Shown here: one piece after another, positions 17,884 through 26,194 of the stretch | Layout of the letters: each line of letters starts with the position of its first letter | How positions within the stretch are numbered: position 1 is the first letter of the stretch | Origin: an uncultured virus (IMG/VR IMGVR_UViG_3300024317_000003) | Taxonomy: Duplodnaviria > Heunggongvirae > Uroviricota > Caudoviricetes | DNA length: 64,000 nt | IMG/VR virus record: IMGVR_UViG_3300024317_000003 | Strand: one strand, 5' to 3' | Translations under genes and position numbers: made by a program | Notes under the pieces: model-generated | Told to the model about the DNA's origin: nothing | Database searches by the model: none | What the model saw: only the letters and a program-made list of their open reading frames with translations

Positions 17884-18086
17884 TAGCTTTGTTCGTTGGT
17901 TGCGGCCGTCCAGATTGCGCGAAGCAGACCCTTGAACCTTGGCATGCGCGCCTCGGGCTCAATCATCGCCTGCAACTCTCTACAGAGCCTGCACCACGCT
18001 GCTTGAGCCTCTTTCTCATAGCCCGCAATGTGCTGCGCGTTCCGAAGCACAGCTTCGACTTTGGTTTTTCGATCCGCCCTTTTCAT
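17883..18086 (-). CDS. hypothetical protein
   Basis: Coupled to both neighbours. Confidence 0.55.
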   Translation of the reverse strand: MKRADRKTKVEAVLRNAQHIAGYEKEAQAAWCRLCRELQAMIEPEARMPRFKGLLRAIWTAATNEQS

Positions 18087-18661
18087 GCGCGCGTAAATAT
18101 CAGGTTGTGCTCGGTGCGGTGAACCTGCTGATAACCGTCGCTATTCATCCGCTTAATCACCACGTATTCTTGGGACGGCAAATCCCGGGTCTGGTACTCC
18201 ATGATCACGATGTTCGGCCGAAACAAACCGCCAGTGCCCCACACCTCCAGCTCGGTGCCTTCGGTGTCGATGGAGAGCAAGTCGCAGTGAAAATCGGGGC
18301 AGCACATAAACAGGTCTTCCAGGGTCACCACCGGAACGAGTATTTCGTCTGGCCATTTCTGAAAGAAGCCGGACAGCCCGCGATCCTCTTTGTTTACCAT
18401 GAAAGTACTTATGCAGTGGCTTCGATCGCCGACCGCTGCGCAAAGGGTTTTCGCCTCACGCGCGCGGGTGCACTGCGCCGCCATGATCGGATCAGGCTCA
18501 ACACAAATCCCGTGCCAGCCAAGATCCTCGAACGCCAGGGTATTCGAGCAGTTGTAACCGTTGTAAGCGCCCACTTCGATAAAGAAGCCGGTTGGCGGTT
18601 TGAGGTTCTCCAGAATCCAACGATCTTCGCCGTGTTGCGCCATGAATCGCGGATCGCTCAT
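18083..18661 (-). CDS. FkbM-family SAM methyltransferase
   Basis: QHGED, FFIEVGAYNG..SNT, GW.GICVEP and LSIDTEGTELEV. Confidence 0.92.
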   Translation of the reverse strand: MSDPRFMAQHGEDRWILENLKPPTGFFIEVGAYNGYNCSNTLAFEDLGWHGICVEPDPIMAAQCTRAREAKTLCAAVGDRSHCISTFMVNKEDRGLSGFFQKWPDEILVPVVTLEDLFMCCPDFHCDLLSIDTEGTELEVWGTGGLFRPNIVIMEYQTRDLPSQEYVVIKRMNSDGYQQVHRTEHNLIFTRA

Positions 18662-19422
18662 ACGTTTGGGTAGTTCATCCGGCTAGGACCGCGAGTGCAC
18701 TCTTCAAGATTGCGCTGGTACCGCGGATCCGCATCCGCATATATTTGGCTGTGTTTGTCCCATACGAGCATCTGTCTTTGATCGCCGTTCCTGAACCCGC
18801 CAGGGATCAGCATCGATTGTTTCGGATCGAAAACACCGTCGAATCGGACCACCTTGACCGGGTAACCGATCCCGGCAATGAATTCAGAAATCGACTTCAC
18901 ACCTTTACCAACGTGCGGATGTGTGTAGGGCACACCGGTCTCAAAGCATGGTCCGAGCGCCCGGGAATTTATCGACCAGGGATAAAGCATGAAGCTTTCG
19001 ACATCGAGCATGTAGGAACGGACGCACACGTGCGGCTTGTACTGGTTCGACGCGCTTGTGCCGTAAAGACCGGGCCCGAACTTTTCACGTGCATTCGCCA
19101 GCTCGCGAAGCCAGCCCGCGCGGTGGAAGTAAGAGCGGGTTGAAAAGCTGACCACCTGATCCAAGAGTGGTAGTCGGTGAGCCATCCATTGAGCTGCGCC
19201 GATGTCCCAGCCTTGCTCGGGATAATGCATCGGCTCATGCTTGATGCCCTGGAACAACGCCTTCAACTCTTCAGTCCATTCCCCGGTGTAAACGGGGTGC
19301 AGCAGATAATCCATCCCGGGATCAATCCGCATCAGGGTGAAGAGGAAGCGATCAACAAATGCTTTGAACGTGCCCCACACCTCGGGCGTTTCGTTGGGTA
19401 TCGGTAGAGTTAGATGGATCAT
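18658..19422 (-). CDS. putative glycosyltransferase-like protein
   Basis: GWDIGA, WL..L, GLYG.SAS and PHV motifs as in RgpF-like GTs. Lies in the GT operon. Confidence 0.55.
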   Translation of the reverse strand: MIHLTLPIPNETPEVWGTFKAFVDRFLFTLMRIDPGMDYLLHPVYTGEWTEELKALFQGIKHEPMHYPEQGWDIGAAQWMAHRLPLLDQVVSFSTRSYFHRAGWLRELANAREKFGPGLYGTSASNQYKPHVCVRSYMLDVESFMLYPWSINSRALGPCFETGVPYTHPHVGKGVKSISEFIAGIGYPVKVVRFDGVFDPKQSMLIPGGFRNGDQRQMLVWDKHSQIYADADPRYQRNLEECTRGPSRMNYPNV

Positions 19423-20129
19423 GGTTTTTCAGAGAAGGCAATGATGTCCCAGCCGCGTTGATACTTCTGTGTAGCTACGGAGCGGCCGTGAAACCCGAAG
19501 CTATTCGAATCCTGATTCGTTTGCTCGGTTGAAAAGCGAAGAGCAACCTCAGGCGGCGCAAACGTAGCGCCATGCTCTTCGAACCATTTTCGTTGTAAAC
19601 GACACACGTAAACGTCCGAGGCGGTGTTGTGGATTTCTGGAGTTATCGGCATGCCCAGGCACAGAACCAGCATCCGCGCTGATTGCAGGCAAAACCCACC
19701 ATTGCCGACAAGAAGCTCTTTGCCCCAACCGGACCCAAGCGGCCAGCCGCCGCATTGCTGCGGATCCCACGGGGCACCAATATAATCGTACTTGAGAAAT
19801 TCATCGGACCACATCGAGGGATTGATCGGAAAGCCGTCTTCGTGGACGGCAAGCGCATACTCGGCACCCGTTTCAAGCAAACCACGAGGCGCACCCAGGT
19901 TGCAAAAAATGCTCAACTGGCTCATGTCCATCTTCGGAATCCAGAACCGATCGATGCCTGAAGAATCGACAGTGCAAAGCGGAGCAAACAACACGGGTTT
20001 ATGATCAGTATCGAATACTTGCTTACAGTAGCGCAGCACGCGGATCGTCCGCTGCAGCATCCGCTCATCCCCGGTAATACAGGCACCCCACACAATCAGG
20101 CCGGGCACGCGGATCCTGTTTTCTGTCAT
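19419..20129 (-). CDS. DUF5672-family glycosyltransferase-like protein
   Basis: HEDGF, FLKYDYIGAPW, VGNGGFCL, FAP.EVA.RFS.E and FGFHG. Confidence 0.85.
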   Translation of the reverse strand: MTENRIRVPGLIVWGACITGDERMLQRTIRVLRYCKQVFDTDHKPVLFAPLCTVDSSGIDRFWIPKMDMSQLSIFCNLGAPRGLLETGAEYALAVHEDGFPINPSMWSDEFLKYDYIGAPWDPQQCGGWPLGSGWGKELLVGNGGFCLQSARMLVLCLGMPITPEIHNTASDVYVCRLQRKWFEEHGATFAPPEVALRFSTEQTNQDSNSFGFHGRSVATQKYQRGWDIIAFSEKP

Positions 20130-20353
20130 TTCGCTTCCTCCGGTTTGGGCACGGCTGCAGCCGATTCTAGGGCTTTGACTCGTGCAAAAAAGACGTCGCG
20201 CTGCCGGGTGAGTTCTACGATTTGGTCGAGGGCTTGGCCAAGTTGGTACTCGCGCTGAGAAAAGGCGCTCTCCAGTTGTTGGCGGCTCCAGGCTTGGATT
20301 GTCTCAAGAGTGGTGCCCTGGGCTTGGGTGGGCTTATCGTTTGGTGTGTTCAT
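20126..20353 (-). CDS. small coiled-coil protein (mosaic family)
   Basis: MNTP.DKPT.AQ and QL.SA.SQRE shared with 20518-21180. Confidence 0.65.
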   Translation of the reverse strand: MNTPNDKPTQAQGTTLETIQAWSRQQLESAFSQREYQLGQALDQIVELTRQRDVFFARVKALESAAAVPKPEEAK

Positions 20354-20528
20354 TGGTCTCTATGCAATCAAGACAAATCATATCGCCATAGCCCATGTAG
20401 CGTTGTGGCCACTTGGGAAGTCCGCACTGGTCGCAAAGCCCGATGCCGGGACGTATCTCGCACTTGGATTCTACGTCACCGAGCATCCATTCCATGACGC
20501 GCTTAAGGTCTGTTTCTTCAGGACTCAT
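20334..20528 (-). CDS. small Zn-finger protein
   Basis: CDQCG...ICLDC, with GGAGG SD. Confidence 0.65.
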   Translation of the reverse strand: MSPEETDLKRVMEWMLGDVESKCEIRPGIGLCDQCGLPKWPQRYMGYGDMICLDCIETNEHTKR

Positions 20529-21180
20529 TCTTTTCCTCCGTGTGGCCGCACATAGCGGTGACTCCTAATGACTGGTAGAAGGCTTCAGGCATATTCAGTT
20601 GTGAGCGCCAGTAATCACAATCTCTAAGTGCGTTTATGGCCTTTCGGCACACTTCAATCATTTGCTTCACCTCTTCAGGCGACTTGTAGTCGCGGCTTGC
20701 GGTGGTGGATAGAATTGCATGATATTGTTCTCGTCCAAGACAAGCAGCCTTTTGCCAGTCGTCAGACTCCTTACTCCAATCGCCGCCGCCAGCACTACAT
20801 ATTATCGTCCAAAGGAAGTTTGAGCACTCACGCATGGCCTGACACTGCTTCTCCAGCGACTCCACCTGTGCGCGACACTGCACCAGCCGTGTGCCTTCGC
20901 CTTGGAGTTGTGCCGCAAGCCTGTCACGCTCGGCCTCGGCCTGTTGAATTTTGTCGAGCCGGAACGTCGCCAGTTTCTTCCAATCCTCCATTTCCACCGT
21001 GACACGCCGCAACTCTTCCTCGCGCTGCGAGAGCGCGGATTGTAGTTGTGCCATTTTGCGGAGTTGGCGGGCGGCTTCTAACTTGTCCAGACGGTCCTCG
21101 TTATCTATCCAACGGATCACTAAACTATCGGCCAACTCGCACAGTTGTGCCGGGGTGGGCTTATCGGTTGGCGTGTTCAT
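20518..21180 (-). CDS. coiled-coil mosaic protein
   Basis: GGAGG SD. Segments shared with 20126-20353 and 21684-22205. Confidence 0.7.
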   Translation of the reverse strand: MNTPTDKPTPAQLCELADSLVIRWIDNEDRLDKLEAARQLRKMAQLQSALSQREEELRRVTVEMEDWKKLATFRLDKIQQAEAERDRLAAQLQGEGTRLVQCRAQVESLEKQCQAMRECSNFLWTIICSAGGGDWSKESDDWQKAACLGREQYHAILSTTASRDYKSPEEVKQMIEVCRKAINALRDCDYWRSQLNMPEAFYQSLGVTAMCGHTEEKNES

Positions 21181-21206
21181 TGTGACTTTTCCTCCGTGTG
21201 GCCGCA
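20530..21206 (-). repeat. 21-bp exact direct repeat TGCGGCCACACGGAGGAAAAG (20530-20550 and 21186-21206)
   Basis: Read directly. Contains the SD of the downstream gene and encodes CGHTEEK at the end of two unrelated proteins. Confidence 0.9.
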
Positions 21207-21500
21207 GGGTGGTTCGGAAACACCGCTGAATCCAATTCGTGGAATCTTGATGTCGTAGTCTTTCCCCGCTTTTCGACCCTCCACGAATCCCGGTTTTGCC
21301 GGGTCGTTACCGCAATTACAGTATGGCGTCCACATTGCGTAGATTCCTTGCCACCAAACGCTGTCTCCGGGTTCTATGAGTTTTGACTTGGCGTTCTTTT
21401 CGACGTAGATCGCGCACTGTGATGTGCTACAATCCTCTTCGCAGTTGACCCAGATTTTATCGGGCAACTCTTTAACTTTGATTACGGTTCCACCGATCAC
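21177..21500 (-). CDS. hypothetical phage protein
   Basis: GTGA-coupled start. VIGG.V...GDSVWWQG..A.WTP...IPRIGFSG. Confidence 0.65.
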   Translation of the reverse strand: MIGGTVIKVKELPDKIWVNCEEDCSTSQCAIYVEKNAKSKLIEPGDSVWWQGIYAMWTPYCNCGNDPAKPGFVEGRKAGKDYDIKIPRIGFSGVSEPPCGHTEEKSQ

Positions 21501-21703
21501 AAGCGTCCTTTCCCTCCGGCGTAGATGTAAGGCTTTCCGATGTGAACCGATTCCCATGCCTTCCTCGCCGTTGGTCCGAGTCCTATTGCGCATTCCTCAA
21601 AGCCACGCGGCTTAATCTTTCCCGGCCAAACGATATAGCCGGTGCCGTCATTCAGCCTGACGCAAAAGGCATCTGGAAAAGCTTTAAGAACTCGACGCTT
21701 CAT
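21497..21703 (-). CDS. hypothetical protein
   Basis: KRRVLKAFPDAFC...IGLGPTARKAWE. Overlaps both neighbours. Confidence 0.6.
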   Translation of the reverse strand: MKRRVLKAFPDAFCVRLNDGTGYIVWPGKIKPRGFEECAIGLGPTARKAWESVHIGKPYIYAGGKGRL

Positions 21704-22205
21704 AATGACACTTCGGACACACCTTGAAGTAGTCGCGGCCTGCGGTGGTGGACGATAGAACTTCTCCAATTTCAGCACGAACCTCTTGAGTCACGATGTG
21801 GGACCAAGGCAGGGTCTTAATTTCACCGAGCTTTGAACGGAGCAAGCCACACTGCTTCTCCAGCGACTCCACTTGTGACTTTTTATCGTCAATCCACCCG
21901 CACAACTCAGAGAAATCTCCGATGCCAGCCGCACCAACGCACATTTGCTGTGATGCGGTGAGTGAATCCACCTCTGCGCGACACTGCACCAGCCGTGTGC
22001 CCTCGCCGTCCAGCTCAGCCTTTAATCGGTCGCGCTCAGCCTCTAGCTCTTTGATCCTCTCGACCGCTTTTACATGATCCGGATGCTGAAACACGATCTG
22101 CTCAATGTCGTTCAGCTCGGACTCCAACAGGTCCAAAGAGTGTTCCCCGGCCATGTGGTTCCACAGTGATTGCCGATATTCCTTCCATGCGTCTGCGTCA
22201 TTCAT
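21684..22205 (-). CDS. coiled-coil mosaic protein
   Basis: ATGA-coupled. Shares EAERDRL, GEGTRLVQCRA, QVESLEKQC and STTA.RDY with 20518-21180. Confidence 0.7.
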   Translation of the reverse strand: MNDADAWKEYRQSLWNHMAGEHSLDLLESELNDIEQIVFQHPDHVKAVERIKELEAERDRLKAELDGEGTRLVQCRAEVDSLTASQQMCVGAAGIGDFSELCGWIDDKKSQVESLEKQCGLLRSKLGEIKTLPWSHIVTQEVRAEIGEVLSSTTAGRDYFKVCPKCHYEASSS

Positions 22206-22768
22206 AATCTGTCCTGAGGTTCTTTGTAAGGGAGCCCGATGAAATCGAACACGTCGCGCTCTGAGGTGCATTGGTGATCCTCACAGCCGCGCAGATTGCG
22301 AAAGCCTTTGCCATACGCTTCGAAGCTGAACCCCTTGGCGAGCGCCGCCTTGGTCAGCAACAGATTGTTCTCTTTGCCGCCCGTCCTGCAAACGAGTGCG
22401 TTCCACCATTTTTCAGCCGTGGTTGCAAATAGGTCCACAGGTATGCCGCTCGGAACGTGAATCGCGAGTTTATTGGAATTTCCCCAAGTAAACACACCGG
22501 TCTTGCTCGGTCGCTTTGCCAGGAGCCCGTCTTGCAGCCAGCCATCGATCAATCTGTCGGCGAGGCTAATCTCCGTTTTCTCGAAGAAATCGGCACCGGA
22601 GTCCCCCATTTTCGGGATGAAGAGCAATTCGATGTCGGACACCTGCGGCTTTTTGCGCCGCAAACTACCGGCGATCTCCACTCGCTCGCAGACCTGCTCA
22701 AGAGCAAACGCTAACGGCCGGGCAACCTCCCAAGCTTCGGACGCTGAGAATTTTTGACGATCACTCAT
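22202..22768 (-). CDS. minimal family X DNA polymerase (palm + thumb only)
   Basis: IAGSLRR..VSDIELL, PVDLF, RTG.KE.N and SERDVF.FIGLPY.EP..R. Confidence 0.88.
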   Translation of the reverse strand: MSDRQKFSASEAWEVARPLAFALEQVCERVEIAGSLRRKKPQVSDIELLFIPKMGDSGADFFEKTEISLADRLIDGWLQDGLLAKRPSKTGVFTWGNSNKLAIHVPSGIPVDLFATTAEKWWNALVCRTGGKENNLLLTKAALAKGFSFEAYGKGFRNLRGCEDHQCTSERDVFDFIGLPYKEPQDRL

Positions 22769-25089
22769 AGTGTTCCGTTCGCGTGAAATGACATTTGCGG
22801 TTGATACTTGGCTGCCCACTGCCTGAACAGCGCGCGGTTGTGCAAGTTCGACGGCATAGTGTTAACTGAGGTTGGTTCCGCCCACTTGGCCGCGTGATAC
22901 TTGTGCATGATGTAACCGCGAGGCAGGTCGGCCGGAAACATCACGTCATGCAAGTTGGCGTGCGTTGTCAGATCCCCGAAATCGCTCCGCATGATAGCTG
23001 CCAGATTCAGATCCCAATCTGAGGCGCCGATGATGTGATCCGGGATCTGTTCCCAATGCTCACGCCACCAGCGGACGGTCGCAGCAAACAGGTCTCGCCC
23101 CATGTGGATCCGGCTATTGATCGCAAACATCTCCGGTTTGTTGTTCAGAGGCGGCACCTCCGATTCAACGAATTCGCACCGAGCAGAAGAGCAACAACCG
23201 TAAATCGAGGCGCGAACACGAACCAAGTCGGGTAGCAAAGGGTGCAGAACATTATCATCGTTGGTGAACATCACAATGTCATCCTCTGCCGCCTGATTCA
23301 GCCCGGCCGAAATCACGTCTTTGACGTAAGGCAGGTTGCGCGGATCGCCAATGGAAAGGGCATTACGCGGGTAATCCCACAAGTGCGCCGGTACCAGCTC
23401 ACCTGAGGCATAAAGATCGTCCCAGGACCGCCACGCGACCGATTTGCGCCGCTTTTCGACCGGGTTAGACTCGTTGTGCCGCTCAACCACATGAAATATC
23501 TGCCGGTGCGGCGCTTCGCGAACGATACTCGGAGCAGGCAGTGCTCTTGACGACATATCAGTCAGAGCCGACTCGATTGCCGTGTTGATCTGCGCAATGC
23601 CTTCAGCAGCGCCCCCAAAGGCGTTGTAGGACATCCTGACAAATTGATTGCCGCGCAACTCTGACCCGGCCCACGGAGACGGGTTAACGATCGCCACGAT
23701 GGGCACGTTGCACGCGGCTGCCAGATGCAACAGGGCAGTGTCGATGCTGACGACGGCAACCGCGCGTTCCATGAGCCCGAGCAGATCGTATATCCGGGGT
23801 AACTGCCAATCCGACACATCAACGATGTTGAGTTGCGGCCATGCCTTACGCAGCGCAGCCAGCACCCAAACGCCGTGCCGGAACGGGCTGGAGACCGACC
23901 GACTCACGTTGGCCAAAATCAGGTTCTTCCCTTCAGGACTGATTTTGCGATAGAAAGCCGCTTCGGCGACGTAATCGCGCCGGTCGAATACCGGGCGCCA
24001 CGTCTTATCATCGAACTTGTGCGCAAACCCGCACATGCGCCACGACTCGCGATTGTAGGATTCGCATACGCGCGTCTGTTCCCAGTTTTGTCCCCAAATC
24101 TGCGCACAGATGATGTGCCGGTAATGGCGTTCGGCAAAGGCGATCGCGTCGCGGAGTTGGTGATTTTTCAAGTCCACCAACCGGGGTTCGACATAGCTAA
24201 TCCCATCGAACACGCCAGCGAATTCTTTGGAAACGATCCAGTGCGGCCGCCGATAATTTTCGGCAATGTGCCGGGCGATCGGTAAGGCGTTGATGATGTC
24301 CCCGTAGCGCCCCAGCAAAACGATCGCTACGTCGTCAGCGAGGTTTTTTTTTGACCGGTTCGGTCCAGTGTTTACAAACGCCTCGGCTTTAGCGCGCCAA
24401 TCCAGCTTGACCTGAGGCGCGAGGCGAATTTCACCGACCGGCTCGCGACCTTTTTTGATGCGTTCGCTCAGCTCATCCTCGATGTCTTTGTGAGCGCCAG
24501 GATGCTCACCTTTCCCCGAGAAATGCCACGTGCCTTGTCCCCATCGATAAATGAACGTGGGCAACCCGCTGATCTCGACCTTGCGGCCGGTGCGGCTAAC
24601 CGTCATGCGCGAAATAAAGTTCCTGTCTTCTCCAACTCCCATCGCAGCGTACCCGCCGATCGCTCTCCAGGCGGCTTTTTTGAACGCGAACAACGGACAT
24701 GAGCCCTGAACGATGCCCCGGATCTCTTCGCCTTCTGCGTAAAACTCTTTGTCGAGCCAAAGCCAATCATGCTCGCCGAAATGCTCTGCGTAGGTCGAGA
24801 AATGGTGGCACAGCATAACGTCGTCGTCGTCGACGGTTATCATGTGCGTCCCCTGCGCCAGCTCAATAGCTCTGTTTCGAGCTTCACCCAGGGACGGCGG
24901 CCGTTGTTCTAAATTGAACACCTTGACCCCTTCCGCCTCACAACGAAGCCTCTGTTCCGGAAAGGTGTTGAGCACGATCAACTCTTTGGGCCCGCGATAA
25001 TCTTGATTGAGAAAGAGCTGGATCGCCTCCTGCAGCCACGCCACTCGGCCGTATGTGACGCACACCCCTGAGAGAAACGGCAGGTTCAT
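22765..25089 (-). CDS. multidomain glycosyltransferase (GT2 + GT9-like + third GT-A-like domain)
   Basis: VTYGR..L.EAI..F..QDY..DDDD (GT2). LGRYGDII..LP and VSIDTALLHLAAA..VP (GT9). LPYVKD...MFTNDD (third domain). Confidence 0.85.
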   Translation of the reverse strand: MNLPFLSGVCVTYGRVAWLQEAIQLFLNQDYRGPKELIVLNTFPEQRLRCEAEGVKVFNLEQRPPSLGEARNRAIELAQGTHMITVDDDDVMLCHHFSTYAEHFGEHDWLWLDKEFYAEGEEIRGIVQGSCPLFAFKKAAWRAIGGYAAMGVGEDRNFISRMTVSRTGRKVEISGLPTFIYRWGQGTWHFSGKGEHPGAHKDIEDELSERIKKGREPVGEIRLAPQVKLDWRAKAEAFVNTGPNRSKKNLADDVAIVLLGRYGDIINALPIARHIAENYRRPHWIVSKEFAGVFDGISYVEPRLVDLKNHQLRDAIAFAERHYRHIICAQIWGQNWEQTRVCESYNRESWRMCGFAHKFDDKTWRPVFDRRDYVAEAAFYRKISPEGKNLILANVSRSVSSPFRHGVWVLAALRKAWPQLNIVDVSDWQLPRIYDLLGLMERAVAVVSIDTALLHLAAACNVPIVAIVNPSPWAGSELRGNQFVRMSYNAFGGAAEGIAQINTAIESALTDMSSRALPAPSIVREAPHRQIFHVVERHNESNPVEKRRKSVAWRSWDDLYASGELVPAHLWDYPRNALSIGDPRNLPYVKDVISAGLNQAAEDDIVMFTNDDNVLHPLLPDLVRVRASIYGCCSSARCEFVESEVPPLNNKPEMFAINSRIHMGRDLFAATVRWWREHWEQIPDHIIGASDWDLNLAAIMRSDFGDLTTHANLHDVMFPADLPRGYIMHKYHAAKWAEPTSVNTMPSNLHNRALFRQWAAKYQPQMSFHANGTL

Positions 25090-25256
25090 TCTCCGATCGC
25101 CTTGAGGTAACGCGCTGTAAGGCTAACGCACCACCCACGTTTATCCGCTTCGAGCATGGAAAGGTACTGCCTGCTCAGGTTGAGTTTTGCAGCAACGTAG
25201 GTAGCTTTAATCCCCTTTTTCACGCGCAAGCTTTTCAATTCTGCTCCGGTCTTCAT
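25086..25256 (-). CDS. XRE/Cro-like HTH regulator, 56 aa, not in the ORF track
   Basis: MKTGAELKSLRVKKGIKATYVAAKLNLSRQYLSMLEADKRGW. ATGA-coupled to the GT gene. Confidence 0.85.
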   Translation of the reverse strand: MKTGAELKSLRVKKGIKATYVAAKLNLSRQYLSMLEADKRGWCVSLTARYLKAIGE

Positions 25257-25264
25257 CCGCGCGA

Positions 25265-25293
25265 ACTGTGACAGATCGGTTTACACTTGTCAA
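25265..25293 (-). promoter_or_regulatory. sigma70-like promoter for the XRE-GT operon, probably near-leaderless
   Basis: TTGACA-17 nt-CACAGT with an extended TG, ending about 9 nt before the ATG. Confidence 0.55.
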
Positions 25294-25504
25294 CACCTTG
25301 TTTGTAATCGATCCCGGCCTATACAGTTGCACACAACCTGCCGACGGCAGCCGACCTGTTCAGGGCATAACCTGTCTACAAAAATCTTCGACGTTAACCT
25401 GTGTAGGCGTTTGTACGCTCACCACCACTGTTTACGCAGATCGGTTAAAACCGCTTTGGTAAAATCATAGCGGTGATCGAATGGTTCGATCCCACAACAA
25501 ACGA

Positions 25505-25855
25505 ATGACTAGCAAAGAAAAAGAAGCACTCAAAGACAAAGCGGCCGAAGCCGTCAAACACATTACGGGTGTAGAGGTGTACATCCACAGTTACATCTAC
25601 TTCGAGCCCACCATCAGTATCAGCCCCGAGATGGTTGAGTTGGGAACCAAACCGGTCGTTCTAGCGGGAAAGGAACCGGTTCGAGCCGACTTCCCAACCA
25701 AAGAGGCGCATCAGGCGGCCCGAAAGGAATGGCGCGAGCGCGCTATGCCGCTGGCCGAGGAAGCGTTCGCGGCTGCGTTGAAGTGTCTGAGGAAGGCAAA
25801 GATCCGTTATCGCACATACAGATATTACGGCTGGCCAAAGGCACGCCTAGCGTGA
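25505..25855 (+). CDS. hypothetical protein, divergent from the XRE gene
   Basis: Isolated + strand ORF with an upstream TGGTAAAAT extended -10. Confidence 0.65.
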   Translation: MTSKEKEALKDKAAEAVKHITGVEVYIHSYIYFEPTISISPEMVELGTKPVVLAGKEPVRADFPTKEAHQAARKEWRERAMPLAEEAFAAALKCLRKAKIRYRTYRYYGWPKARLA

Positions 25856-26194
25856 CAGCCGAAGCCGACGCCGGGCAGGCGGACTTTCTCGGTGCAGCCT
25901 GCCGGTGTTCGGCACCACACCCTCCGCACGGTCATCATAGTAACGAGTGAAGTGGGACTTTTTTACGTTAGTTACGGGTAACCGAACCCCGAGATGCTTC
26001 TCTGTCCAGTCCTGTATCCGGCCAATCTCCGCGGCGCTACTGGCGCGAGCTGTGAAGATTTCGACGTCATCCCCTTTCGCGAGGTGCGCCTTGATCCTGC
26101 GCAACATCGGGGTGAGTGGTTTGCCAAGCTCCTTCATCCCGTCGACGTAGAAGCTCAAGGTCTTGTCAAAATCGCATGCAATGCACTCTTTCAC
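25847..26194 (-). CDS. HAD-superfamily phosphatase-like protein
   Basis: IACDFDKTL, IFTAR, TNVK and YYDDRA..V..NTG. GTGA-coupled. Confidence 0.85.
   Translation of the reverse strand: MKECIACDFDKTLSFYVDGMKELGKPLTPMLRRIKAHLAKGDDVEIFTARASSAAEIGRIQDWTEKHLGVRLPVTNVKKSHFTRYYDDRAEGVVPNTGRLHRESPPARRRLRLSR

Noticed and set aside
20326..21206. Direct repeats as a CRISPR array or att sites
   Set aside because: Only two copies each, 650-830 bp apart and inside coding sequence. No cas operon or integrase is seen.
25470..25500. GGTTCGATCCC resembling a tRNA T-loop
   Set aside because: There is no 5-bp T stem, acceptor stem or anticodon arm. It is part of a simple palindrome.
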